64,000 nt of DNA from Torpedo marmorata. Lineage: Eukaryota. A program made the translations under genes and the position numbers. Location: the NCBI GenBank assembly GCA_977017645.1, contig OZ360237.1, positions 44,454,001-44,518,000 on the forward strand, written 5' to 3'. Below the pieces are notes generated by a model. The model did not search any database. It was not told the DNA's origin and was given only the letters and a program-made list of their open reading frames with translations. Positions 57,301-64,000 of the stretch are shown piece by piece. How positions within the stretch are numbered: the first letter of the stretch is position 1; every line of letters begins with the position of its first letter.

Positions 57301-57835
57301 GTTCAAATCCCACGCTGTCTGTAAGGAGTTTGTACGTTCTCCCCGTGTCTGCGTGGGTTTTCTCCGGGGGCTCCGGTTTCCTCCCACCGTTCAAAAACTT
57401 ACCGGGGGTGTAGGTTAATTGGGGGTAAACTAGGCGGCACATACTCGTGGGCCAAAATGGACTGCTACCGTGCTGTATGTCTAAATAAATAAATACATAA
57501 ATAGTCACTTTCATCATCATCTGCTATCATAAAAGGATTGATTGAGTGATGTATTCAAACAAAATATTTTAATTTTTTCTTTTTAAATCGATTTGCTCAG
57601 AGGCTCCCTGCTTCTTTAAACTAGTTCACTGCAGGTCGCATTTTAACCCCTTAGTTGGTCAACTACAGAGGTTTTTCCCTTTAATATTGATTCACACAGC
57701 AGCAAACCATGCTTTCCTTACCTTTATCTGTTGATCCCTCCCATCAAGCTCTTTCTGCAGCACACCTACAACTTGTGTCCTTCCCATCAGTACCTCTTCC
57801 TTTTCATGGAGTTTTTGCTTGAGGGCTTTCAACAA
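255..57835 (-). CDS. golgb1: Giantin-family (GOLGB1/GOLGB1-like) gene, partial; 20 coding exons in window, >=4322 aa coiled-coil protein
   Basis: Giantin hallmark peptides: [79 protein letters not shown]. All exons are GT-AG and phases chain without a frameshift. Family is secure; ortholog versus paralog is unresolved. Confidence 0.9.
440..905. mobile_element. Highly degraded ancient SINE (Deu-SINE/SacSINE-like), interrupted by a 28S fragment
   Basis: Patchy resemblance (gggatattttatgtcc...ctgtttaa...cctcagtacac...tcagcc) to my recollection of shark Deu-SINE consensus; not aligned. Confidence 0.35.
638..795 (-). pseudogene. 28S (LSU) rRNA fragment including the sarcin-ricin loop region
   Basis: Reverse complement gtaatcctgctccgtatgagaggaaccgcaggttcggacgtttggcgtatgtgcttggctggggagccaatggtgcgaagctgccacctgcgggattttaactgaacgcctcttaagtcagag matches the conserved 3' domain of eukaryotic 28S rRNA. 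Confidence 0.9.
1090..1421. mobile_element. Tc1/mariner-pogo (Tigger-like) MITE
   Basis: TIRs CAGTAAAAGTCC..AAAATCC / GGATTTTAGGATTTTTACTG with TA on both flanks. Confidence 0.8.
1824..2148. mobile_element. Tigger-like MITE carrying an internal SINE fragment
   Basis: TIRs CAGGTTGTAC / GTACAACCTG, TA flanks. Confidence 0.75.
1902..1999 (-). mobile_element. V-SINE (HE1-like), 5' tRNA-derived part only
   Basis: Reverse complement of the 5' half of the copies at 4346, 38154 and 57241. Confidence 0.8.
2577..2674 (-). CDS. giantin-like exon (98 nt, phase 0-2) [15 protein letters not shown]...
   Basis: ttgtag| and |gtgagt; conserved PGAPQE motif. Confidence 0.9.
3201..3315 (-). mobile_element. 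Penelope-like element terminus (pLTR fragment) with decayed minimal hammerhead motif
   Basis: Minus strand ttgatga-a-gggctcaagcct-gaaac-attggttatg...gacttgctgagtttcttcagcattgtgttttt; near-identical to 24282-24395. Confidence 0.7.
3456..3620 (-). CDS. giantin-like exon (165 nt, phase 0-0) [11 protein letters not shown]...HEVQ
   Basis: gcacag| and |gtaagt; resembles giantin SQSLRENQQHYGDL segment. Confidence 0.9.
3744..3896 (-). CDS. giantin-like exon (153 nt, phase 0-0) PLETESLL...[15 protein letters not shown]
   Basis: tttcag| and |gtaacg; conserved EIHQKEL..QQLNSK. Confidence 0.9.
4346..4585 (+). mobile_element. V-SINE (HE1-like), near full length
   Basis: tRNA-like A box and B box (ggttcgaatc), V-domain gagttggtacgttctcccc..gggttttccccggg..ctccggtttt, CR1-like tail ggcctgttaccatgctgtatgtct. 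Confidence 0.9.
4754..4913 (-). CDS. giantin-like exon (160 nt, phase 2-0) [31 protein letters not shown]...
   Basis: ttccag| and |gtaaac; resembles giantin KEQYLMAISDKDQQL. Confidence 0.9.
4991..5066 (+). mobile_element. Extreme 3' tip of a Rex1/Babar LINE with (TTCTGA)n tail
   Basis: Near-exact reverse complement of 45758-45833. Confidence 0.85.
5295..5575 (-). mobile_element. Older diverged V-SINE
   Basis: gaggaaactggagc..gcaaattccacacaggcagc..gtcgaacccagg..ctggagctgtgaggcagc..actaactgctgtgcc. Confidence 0.6.
6277..6552 (+). mobile_element. CR1 LINE 3' fragment
   Basis: [13 protein letters not shown]-coding segment and tail gggcctgtactgtgctgtaatgttctat. Confidence 0.85.
7051..7223 (-). 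CDS. giantin-like exon (173 nt, phase 0-2) [10 protein letters not shown]...NELAELR
   Basis: tttcag| and |gtttgg; phases fit neighbouring exons. Confidence 0.88.
7460..7678 (+). mobile_element. 5'-truncated L1-like retrotransposon 3' end with 17-bp TSD
   Basis: Flanked by TTAAACATTACTTAATG at 7443-7459 and 7679-7695; WAPYF-like ORF2 C-terminus, G-rich tract, AATAAA and A-rich end. Confidence 0.75.
7763..18139 (-). CDS. golgb1: Giant 10,377-nt coiled-coil exon (3459 codons, phase 0-0)
   Basis: Core of the 3490-aa ORF; acceptor gttcag|GTACAG at 18139, donor AAG|gtagaa at 7763; contains giantin repeat motifs. Confidence 0.93.
18492..18743 (-). mobile_element. V-SINE (HE1-like) with small 5' duplication
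   Basis: Reverse complement of the 4346-4585 family; ctatgctaaccgtgcc occurs twice at the head. Confidence 0.88.
18892..18996 (-). CDS. giantin-like exon (105 nt, phase 0-0) [19 protein letters not shown]...NKEK
   Basis: tatcag| and |gtatga; open heptad-rich frame. Confidence 0.85.
19139..20170 (+). mobile_element. Probable solo LTR (about 1 kb)
   Basis: TGTGACA...TGTAACA inverted termini, AATAAA about 70 nt before the end, internal duplicated ttggtgtacccagac(ag)n; no clear TSD. Confidence 0.5.
20467..20620 (-). mobile_element. V-SINE 3' part
   Basis: Same family as 18492-18743. Confidence 0.8.
20762..20930 (-). CDS. giantin-like exon (169 nt, phase 2-0) [22 protein letters not shown]...TEED
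   Basis: ctctag| and |gtaagc. Confidence 0.88.
21357..22362 (-). mobile_element. CR1 LINE, 5'-truncated (RT C-terminus and 3' tail)
   Basis: [34 protein letters not shown]; frameshifted. Confidence 0.93.
22588..22710. repeat. Fold-back inverted repeat of Penelope-type terminal sequence
   Basis: gctaaacacaacctgctggaggaactcagcaggtcaagcaacatcagtgggagaaa pairs with tttctcccactgatgctacttgacccgctgagtttctcccagcagattgtgttcagc across a 10-nt loop. Confidence 0.85.
23315..23424 (-). CDS. giantin-like exon (110 nt, phase 0-2) [10 protein letters not shown]...SSLNERLK
   Basis: acgcag| and |gtagga. Confidence 0.88.
23857..24083 (-). mobile_element. 5S rRNA-derived SINE (SINE3-type) with Rex1-like 3' tail
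   Basis: 23976-24083 reverse complement is 5S-like (tctgatctcggaagctaagcagg...ggaataccaggtgctgtaggttt); the remainder ends gaatttcatgta...gtgacaataatggaacc, like the Rex1 tails in this window. Confidence 0.8.
24249..24670 (+). mobile_element. Old V-SINE interrupted by a Penelope terminus
   Basis: gggtagcacagtggcacagc... resumes after the insertion; gcagtgttggtgt occurs on both sides of the insert. Confidence 0.7.
24282..24437 (-). mobile_element. Penelope-like terminus (pLTR fragment) with decayed hammerhead motif
   Basis: Near-identical to 3201-3315; minus strand cc-ttgatga-a-aggctcaagccc-aaaac-gtt. Confidence 0.72.
25607..25654 (-). CDS. 48-nt symmetric micro-exon [16 protein letters not shown] (likely cassette)
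   Basis: atacag| and |gtgtgt, phase 0-0; resembles a VTFDV..EQL segment I recall from fish GOLGB1-like proteins. Confidence 0.65.
26215..26345 (-). CDS. giantin-like exon (131 nt, phase 1-0) [33 protein letters not shown]...
   Basis: gcgcag| and |gtaagg. Confidence 0.9.
26990..27194. mobile_element. Tigger-like MITE
   Basis: Imperfect TIRs CAGTAAAACCCCTGTTATC / GATACTAGGCGTTTTACAG, TA on the right flank. Confidence 0.65.
27247..27497. repeat. Fold-back of two Penelope-type termini with degenerate hammerhead motifs at the centre
   Basis: Arm agtgaacaaa..tggagggactcagtc..catccatggagag..gaccctttat pairs with ataaagggtt..ctctccatggatg..gactgactccctcca..tttgttcact. Confidence 0.8.
28257..29133. 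mobile_element. hAT (Charlie-like) MITE interrupted by a retroelement
   Basis: TIRs tagccattctcaac / gttgagaatggttg; flanks gactagag / ttctggag resemble NTCTAGAN targets. Confidence 0.6.
28359..29050 (-). mobile_element. Non-coding GC-rich retroelement with Rex1-type tail (copy 1)
   Basis: Collinear with 48680-49535; tail ...atgacaataaattgaatcttg. Confidence 0.8.
29500..29950 (-). mobile_element. Degraded CR1 3' region
   Basis: Remnants: cctcatctccatcttaaatggg, atccacctgttaagagtcctcaggatct. Confidence 0.5.
31247..31370 (-). CDS. giantin-like exon (124 nt, phase 0-1) [14 protein letters not shown]...[17 protein letters not shown]; alternative internal donor at 31280
   Basis: tgtag| and |gtgtga; a second in-phase donor GAG|gtttgt lies 33 nt upstream. 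Confidence 0.8.
32109..32215 (-). CDS. giantin-like exon (107 nt, phase 1-0) [16 protein letters not shown]...QKLE
   Basis: gatccag| and |gtatgt. Confidence 0.82.
33055..34410 (+). mobile_element. Degraded CR1 LINE
   Basis: Remnants of WIQNWL..RKQ, SKFADD, MEFN.DKC, LEYC; many stops. Confidence 0.8.
33510..33756 (-). mobile_element. V-SINE inserted into CR1
   Basis: Full reverse-complement copy; interrupts CR1 at gaacaaagaga|ctggggatcc. Confidence 0.88.
35020..35460 (-). mobile_element. Degraded CR1 3' region
   Basis: gggtagagaattccaaa-attcaccacc...aagaaattc remnants. Confidence 0.5.
37650..38134. mobile_element. Tigger-like MITE with internal minisatellite
   Basis: TIRs CAGTACGTTTCTGATTATCC / GGATAATCGGAAACGTACTA. 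Confidence 0.85.
37772..37957. repeat. 30-bp minisatellite, about 6 copies of (cc)gtcgccgatccccgacacctccccaccg
   Basis: Direct tandem copies visible. Confidence 0.95.
38154..38408 (+). mobile_element. V-SINE full length
   Basis: Same family as 4346-4585. Confidence 0.9.
38431..39391. mobile_element. Tc2/pogo-type non-autonomous DNA transposon with GC-rich interior
   Basis: TIRs CCGTGTTTGATGGCATATAGGAC / GTCTTATATGCCGTCAAATACG, TA flanks, subterminal gcatataggac/gcgtataagac repeats. Confidence 0.8.
40305..40482. mobile_element. Degraded Penelope-type terminus with partial fold-back
   Basis: ctggagaaactcagcgggttaggcagcatctgtggaggc ... gcctccacagactctgcctgacc. Confidence 0.6.
40710..40854 (-). 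CDS. giantin-like exon (145 nt, phase 0-1) [24 protein letters not shown]...EEERE
   Basis: ctgtag| and |gtaaaa. Confidence 0.88.
41108..42685 (+). mobile_element. CR1 LINE, 5'-truncated, frameshifted
   Basis: [37 protein letters not shown]; tail (tcttatgt)n. Confidence 0.95.
43030..43429. mobile_element. PIF/Harbinger-type MITE
   Basis: TIRs AGCCTCGTTCACACTGGC / GCCAGTGTGAAAGGGGCT; repeated internal TTCACACTGG sites. Confidence 0.75.
44261..45660 (-). mobile_element. CR1 LINE nested in Penelope, young
   Basis: About 385 aa of uninterrupted RT frame; tail (gttatatg)n; cccat at both junctions. Confidence 0.95.
45758..46990 (-). mobile_element. Rex1/Babar LINE nested in Penelope, young
   Basis: Uninterrupted 354-aa [42 protein letters not shown]; (TTCTGA)n tail. 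Confidence 0.95.
47575..49872 (+). mobile_element. CR1 LINE (pieces 47575-48679 and 49536-49872), interrupted
   Basis: [37 protein letters not shown]; CR1 tail at 49845-49872. Confidence 0.9.
48680..49535 (-). mobile_element. Non-coding GC-rich retroelement with Rex1-type tail (copy 2, longer)
   Basis: Collinear with 28359-29050; two AAGATGGCG motifs near the 5' end; inserted in CR1. Confidence 0.8.
50237..50328 (-). CDS. giantin-like exon (92 nt, phase 1-0) [31 protein letters not shown]
   Basis: ttacag| and |gttggc. Confidence 0.88.
50413..50530 (-). CDS. giantin-like exon (118 nt, phase 0-1) [25 protein letters not shown]...AQN
   Basis: actcag| and |gtacgt; resembles giantin LQKRVVELENEK. 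Confidence 0.88.
51006..51651 (+). mobile_element. Rex1/Babar LINE 3' part
   Basis: [33 protein letters not shown]; tail tgacaataaa(tctgaa)n. Confidence 0.9.
51844..51959 (-). CDS. giantin-like exon (116 nt, phase 1-0) [39 protein letters not shown]
   Basis: tgaaag| and |gtaact. Confidence 0.88.
52345..53245 (+). mobile_element. Degraded CR1 3' fragments (two tails, about 52950 and 53240)
   Basis: LVRP.MEYCVQ, TRGHGL, FTQRVV remnants. Confidence 0.75.
53786..54088 (+). mobile_element. Rex1 3' UTR fragment
   Basis: Matches 51380-51650. Confidence 0.8.
54345..54601 (+). mobile_element. V-SINE full length with internal A-run
   Basis: Same family as 4346-4585. Confidence 0.88.
55228..56046. 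mobile_element. Tc2/pogo-type MITE with internal tandem repeats (55335-55570)
   Basis: TA|CCATATTTTTTAC ... GCGTGAAAATTCGG|TA; subterminal tatatgcgtg repeats; repeated gcacaatttatagcg..cgtggga units. Confidence 0.75.
56522..56849 (-). CDS. giantin-like exon (328 nt, phase 0-1) [30 protein letters not shown]...IDELE
   Basis: tttcag| and |gtaatg. Confidence 0.88.
57241..57484 (+). mobile_element. V-SINE near full length
   Basis: Same family as 4346-4585. Confidence 0.9.
57722..57835 (-). CDS. giantin-like exon (114 nt, phase 0-0) [38 protein letters not shown]
   Basis: cttcag| and |gtaagg; resembles giantin LQRKLEEHEESLVGRAQVVDLLQQEL. Confidence 0.88.
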
Positions 57836-59519
57836 CTGAAGAAGTCAATCAAGTGATCAATAACTCCAAACAATAACAAAAAGAGAATCTCATATTAGCA
57901 ACATTTGGAATTCAAATGCAACAACAATTCAGTCTTTCTTCCCACATTGGTACTAAGGCATTAAAAATTATCATTAATCAAATTAGGGGGCAAAATCTTT
58001 GGTTCACTTGCTTTGTCTCCATTCATCCCTTTACTTGAAGTTGCTGATTGTCTTCAGAAAACTGCATACACTGATATATCAAAAAACCATGGAGATATCC
58101 ATTTGCACCATCAATAGCAGTCTCTGGCAATAAAGATGTTTTTAAATCAATAATGTACAAAATGTAACTGCGATAAATTCATGTGTAAACCTACACTGAA
58201 ACTAATGATGCTGTAGATATTCCATAACATAACTGTAGATCTCAGATGTGCACATCCTCTTGGGATCAAGAAGTACAGAAGAAACAAAGCGATGAAGAAT
58301 TAGAAGAGGGAACTGAAAGTGGAGTAACAATTTGTCACATTTGAATGAGAGTAATGGAGGCAAGATAAATTAATTAGGAAGATAGTGAGAGAAGGGCAAA
58401 ACGCCATTGCATATATGGGAATTAACACAGCAATAACTCAACACAAGTGTCCACAGCAGATGCATGTAGAAATACGATTTAAATGCCCTACCACTCCATT
58501 TAACAATATGTTGCAATCTCAGTGACGAGGGAAGCTAATTTGATTTTTTTGCCAAGTATATTAATATACCTATGGGCACACACTAGCTGAGCAGCCACAA
58601 AAGAAATTACAACCTGGATTAAAAAGAGATTACATGCAAATTGACTTCTCTCTTTGTCAGTATATTCTTTTCACTAAGAGACTTGTTGACACAAGCAGAA
58701 ACCTGATAAAATTAACCTCTGCATCTGCACACGACTTAAAAAACTGTAATAGTGTAATTAATACAGTAAAAGCCATATGCACAACATGTTGCTTGCATAA
58801 AGGAAATATTTGATGCAAATCTCCACAATAATGACAAAAATACAGTTAGATACACACACAGTACATAGTCTAGGTGACTTTTCAAAGCAACAGATACGTG
58901 GTTTAGGTCACTACTTCTCGAGAGCATTGTTATTAGCTTTGTATCTGTAAAATTTAAAATTAATCTCTCCCATGTGGTAAATCAATGGAAATTTATGAGA
59001 ATATTAGGGTCAAAATAAGGAATTGACCGGGCATGAATGTACTGTTAAATAAAAGGCATTTATATTTCTCTAGTCTTACTGATGCAGTTCAAGTTTCACA
59101 AAAAAGTGGAGAGTGTTGCTGGAAGTTGTTTTCTTCCCAGTTTCTTTCCACAGATAACTGCATAAAAAGAAAAATTAGCTAACCAAATTTGTTACATGAA
59201 CCATACTGGCAAATAGGTCAACTTCCCCACTCCAAAGAACTTTTCTTTGGTAAGCACAAGTGACTGAGGCATGGAGGGAATCCATCATTGAGGGAAGGAA
59301 TGTCGACAGGAAAGAGTTTCAGTGAGGCAATTGGGTACAGCTGGTGTTATCAATAAAAAATAAATAAATGTACAAAAAAAAATAATAAAATGGAACAACA
59401 TCAATTTTATACAGGAAGTTAGATTCAATAATTTTATACAGGAAGCTCGGTTCAATTTCAATGGACCAAAGAGGAAAGTTCTCTAACCCCCCCACCATTA
59501 ATGGGGAAATTTTTTCTAA

Positions 59520-62460
59520 CTCAAGTCAAGTCACCTTTATTTGTCGTTCATTACCATATACACAGTAAGACGAGATAGCGTTTCTCCAGGACCATGGGCA
59601 GATGTACATAAATATCATAATACAATAGAAAAACTATAACATGCTAATACACATATATATCTAGGAATTGAGGAGCCTGATGGCTTGGGGGAAAAAACTG
59701 TTGCACAGTCTGGACGTACGAGCCCGAGTGCTTCGGTACCTCCTTCCAGATGGCAAAGGGGAAAACAGTTTACCAAAGGGGTGTGAGAAGTCCTTCACAA
59801 TGTTTTTAGCCTTCCTCATGCATCGTGTGTTGTAGATATCTGTCATGGTGGGGAGAGAGACTCCAATAATTTTCTCCGCTGCCCTCACTATCCTCTGCAG
59901 GGTCTTTCGGTCCGAGGTGGTACAGTTACCAAACCAAGCGGTGATGCAATTGCTCAGAATACTATCAATACATCCCCTGTAGAATGTAGTAAGGATAGGG
60001 GGTGGAAGATGAACTTTCCTCAGTCTTCGCAGGAAGTAAAGATGCTGCTGGGCTTTCTTGACTATGGAACTGGTGTTTAGGAACCAGCTGAACTCTCCGC
60101 CAAGTGCACTCCAGGAAACCTGGTACTCTTTATGACCTCAACGATAGAGCCGTCCATGGTCAAAGGAGAATGATCCCCCCGGGCCCTTCTGAAGTCGACA
60201 ACCAACTCTTTTGTTTTGTTTACATTCAGATGCAGGTTGTTGTTTCCGCACCATTCCATTAGCGACTGCACCTCATCTCTGTATGCTGACTCATCATTCT
60301 TACTGATAAGGCCCACCACGGTTGTATCATCAGCGAACTTTATGATGTGATTCGAGCTGTGTTTTGCTGCAGTCATGAGTCAGCAGGGTGAACAGCAATG
60401 GACTAAGGACACAGTCCTGGGGAGCCCCCAGTGCTCAATGTAATGACCTTGAAAGTGCTGTTTCCAATCCAGACTGCCTGAGGTCTTCCCGTCAGGAAGT
60501 CTAGGATCCAATTACAGAGGGTGTAGTTTAGGCCCAGCCCCCTCAACTTCCCTATCAGGTACTGAGGTATGATCCTGTTGAATGCTGAGCTGAAGTCAAT
60601 AAACAGCATTCGAACATATGCGTCCTTATTTTCCAGGTGGGTGAGGGCTAGGTGGAGGGTGGTAATGATGGCATCATCTGTGGAGCGGTTTAATCTATAT
60701 GCGAACTGCAGGGGGTCCAGTGAGGGGGGCAGCAGAAGCTTGATGTGCCTCATGACGAGCCTCTCGAAGCACTTCATGACGGTAGATGTGAGTGCGACAG
60801 GGCGGTAGTCATTGAGGCAGGACACTGTCGACTTCTTCGGCACGGGGATAACGGTAGCGGCTTTGAAGCACGTTGGAACCACGGCACTGCTCAGGGAGAT
60901 GTTAAAGATGTCGGTGAGAACATCAGCCAGCTGGGCCGCACATCCCTTGAGCACTCTGCCGGGAATGTTATCTGGCCCAGCAGCTTTCTGTGGGTTAACC
61001 TTGCTTAACACTCTCCTCACGTCGGCCACTGTGAAACACAGCACCTGATCATTCGGAGGAGGGGTTGTCTTCTTTGTCACTACATCATTTTTCATCTCAA
61101 AACGTGCGTAGAAGTTGTTCAGTGCATCTGGGAGGGAGGCATCACCAGCACAGTCAGATGGTGTAGTCTTGTGGTTGGTGATATTTTGAATGCCCTTCCA
61201 CATGCGTCGCGTGTCCTTGCTGTCCTGAAAGTGACTCTGAACTCGCTGGGCCTGTGCACGCTTTGCCTCCCTGATGGTCTTAGACAGCTTGGCTATTGCG
61301 ATAGCTAGGGTTACCTTGTCGCCCGAACTGAAGGCAGAGTTTCGGCTCATCAGCAGCACACGCACCTCCGCAGTCATCCATGGCTTCTGATTAGAGCGAG
61401 TGATGATAGTCTTGGGCACAGTGACTTCGTCAGTACACTTACTAATGTAGCTAGTCACTGATGCCATATACTCTTCCAGATTAATGCAGTCACCATCGGT
61501 TGCTGCTTCCCTGAACATGTGCCAATCAGTACACTCAAAGCAATCCTGAAGTGCATGGATGGCACCTGCTGGCCAGGTTTTAACCTGCTTCCGAACTGGT
61601 CTGGAGCGTCTGGCGAGCGGTCTGTATGCTGGGGTTAGCATTACTGAAATATGGTCTGAGTATCCGAGGTGGGGGCGGGGCTCCTCCCGATACGCGCCGG
61701 AAATGTTCGTGAACACAAGATCCAACGCGTTCGCCCCTCTCGTAGCAAAGTCCACATACTGATGGAATTTTGGTAGCCCTGTCTTGAGGTTCGCCTGGTT
61801 GAAGTCGGCAGCGATAATCAGCAGTCCATCAGGTTGTGCGGTCTGCAGTTCGCCTATAGCCCCACACAGTTCCCAGATCGCCTACTTGGCATTAGCGCTG
61901 GGGGGGATGTACACTCCAACTATAAGGACCATGGTAAATTCCCGCGGTAGATAAAATGGTCTACATCTGACAGTCACAAATTCCACCAACGCTGAGCAGT
62001 GACTGGAGACTAGTACAGAGTCCTTACACCATTCTGTGTTGATGTAAACACACAAGCCACCGCCACGGACTTTTCCACAGAGCACAGCATCTCTGTCAGC
62101 CCAAAATAAAGCAAGTCCATCCAGCTGAATGGCGGCGTCCGGGACCCTGTCGCTGAGCCACGTTTCAACAAAGACCAACAGACAGCAGTCCCTAAACTCA
62201 CGCTGCACAGACCTCTGGAATCGGATGTGGTCCGTTTTATTTTCCAGCGAACAGACGTTGGCGAGCAGGATGGACGGGAGAGCCGGGCGGCAGGGGCTCG
62301 CTCTCAGTCTAGCGCGCACCCCCGCTCGCTACCTCCACCTCGCGCACCGCTTCCGATTTCTCCTTGATCCCGAGGCTTTAAAGCCTAATCCCCGCAGCAG
62401 CCCGTGGTCGCTTAGCTTGACCCGCAGATCTTCCCGGAAGTGAGTAGACGAGTTTCTGAG
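59520..62460 (-). mobile_element. Rex1/Babar LINE, long copy (APE endonuclease plus RT), few disablements
   Basis: [72 protein letters not shown]; tail (cttga)n. Confidence 0.95.
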
Positions 62461-62694
62461 CATTTTTAACTGCGAAATATTCCTTGTTTATTTCAGATTT
62501 TTCTTTAAATGAAAACAGTTAATAACTTCCATCATCAGCCAATTCTTGAATGTCTTCATTCTAAGCACTGAGTAGTTTCATAAAATTAATTTAAGAGAAT
62601 TTTCTGCAAAGTAACACTGTGATGGTTATAGCACAGGGGAAGATTCATAGGTCAGCGCAACATCGTGGGTCGAAGGGCCCGTACTGTGCTGTGC

Positions 62695-64000
62695 AATTCC
62701 AGAGGAAGCTAGAGACAGAGACAGATACACGCCAGCTATGGCAGGGAGTGCAGGCCATTACAGCCTACAAAGCGAGGGCGAACACTATAGACGGCTGTAA
62801 TGCTTCACTACCCGATGAGCTGAACACCTTCTATGCCCGCTTTGAGAAGAAGAACCAAACAGTGCCTACTAGAATCCCTGAAAAGGCTGAGGACCCTGTG
62901 ATATCTGTCTCTGAGGGCGACATCAGAACATCATTCAAGAGGGTGAACCCTCGAAAGGCGTCAGACCCTGACGACGTACCTGGCTGGGTACTGAAAATCT
63001 GCGCCAACCAACCAGCCAGAGTGTTCACGGACATTTTCAACCTCTCATTGCGGCAGTCAGAGGTTCCCACCTGCTTCAAAAGGGCATCAATCATCCCGGT
63101 ACCCAAGAAGAGTTGTGTGAGCTGCCTCAACGACTACCACCCAGTAGCACTAGCTTCTCCTGTGATGAAATGCTTTGAGAGGCTGGTCATGGCCAGAATT
63201 AACATGTACCTAAGCAAAGATCTGGACCCACTGCAATTCGCCTATCGTCACAATCGCTCCACAGCAGATGGAATATCGCTGGCTCTCCACTCAGCTCTGG
63301 ATCACCTCGAAAACAGCAATTCATACATACGGCTGCTCTTCATCGACTACAGCTCGGCCTTCAATACCATTATTCCCTCAGTGCTGGTCAAGAAGCTACA
63401 AACTCTAGGCCTCTATACCCCCTCTGCAACTGGATCCTTGACTTTCTCATTGGAAGACCACAGTCAGTACGATTTGGAAACAACTTCTCCTCCTCACTGA
63501 TTATCAACACAGGCGCACTCCAAGGATGCGTGCTTAGCCCAATGCTCTACTCTTTATACACCCATGACTGTGTGGCCAGGCACAATTCCAATGCCATCTA
63601 CAAGTTTGCCGATGACACCACAGTTGTCGGCAGAATCACAAACGGACAGGAGGGAGATAGATCAACTCGTTGAATGGTGTAACGATAACAACCTTGCGCT
63701 CAACGTCAGCAAAACCAAGTAAATGATTGTTGTCTTCAGGAGGAAGTCAGGGGAACACGACCCAGTCCTCATCGAGGGCTCAGTAGTGGAGAGGGACAAG
63801 AACTTCAAATTCCTGGGTGTCAACATCTCCGAGGATCTGTCCTGGAGCCTCCACGTTGATGCAATCACAAAGGCGGCTCGCCAGCGGCTATACTTTGAGG
63901 TGTCTGAGGAGATTCGGTATGTCACCAAAGACTCTCGTAAACTTCTACAGGTGTACCGTGGAAAGCATTCTGGCTGGTTGCATCACTGCCTGGTATGGAG
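62695..64000 (+). mobile_element. Rex1/Babar LINE, same subfamily as 45758-46990, runs off the window
   Basis: RT motifs; near-identical to the reverse complement of about 46218-46990. Confidence 0.95.

Noticed and set aside
57836-59519. Additional upstream giantin exons or promoter
   Set aside because: No convincing open, splice-bounded coiled-coil segment found by eye; small exons cannot be excluded

Overview
Vertebrate genomic DNA, very probably a cartilaginous fish (ray/shark), inferred from the repeat complement: HE1/V-SINE-type tRNA SINEs, CR1, Rex1/Babar and Penelope elements. The whole window lies inside one minus-strand gene of the giantin (golgin subfamily B member 1) family. I traced 20 coding exons by eye (57835 down to 255), all GT-AG with fully consistent phases. 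They total 12,968 nt (about 4,322 codons), including one 10,377-nt exon (7763-18139). The first exon(s) and the C-terminal tail-anchor exon(s) were not found and probably lie outside the window. Size and peptide motifs suggest the GOLGB1-like paralog seen in fishes rather than the strict mammalian GOLGB1 ortholog (inference, not tested). Introns carry many transposons: a nested Penelope/CR1/Rex1 cluster at 43.7-49.9 kb, several MITEs, Penelope termini with decayed minimal hammerhead-ribozyme motifs and fold-back hairpins, a 5S-derived SINE with a Rex1-type tail, a non-coding Rex1-tailed element, and a 28S rRNA fragment. No database search or alignment was run; family assignments come from recognised motifs.
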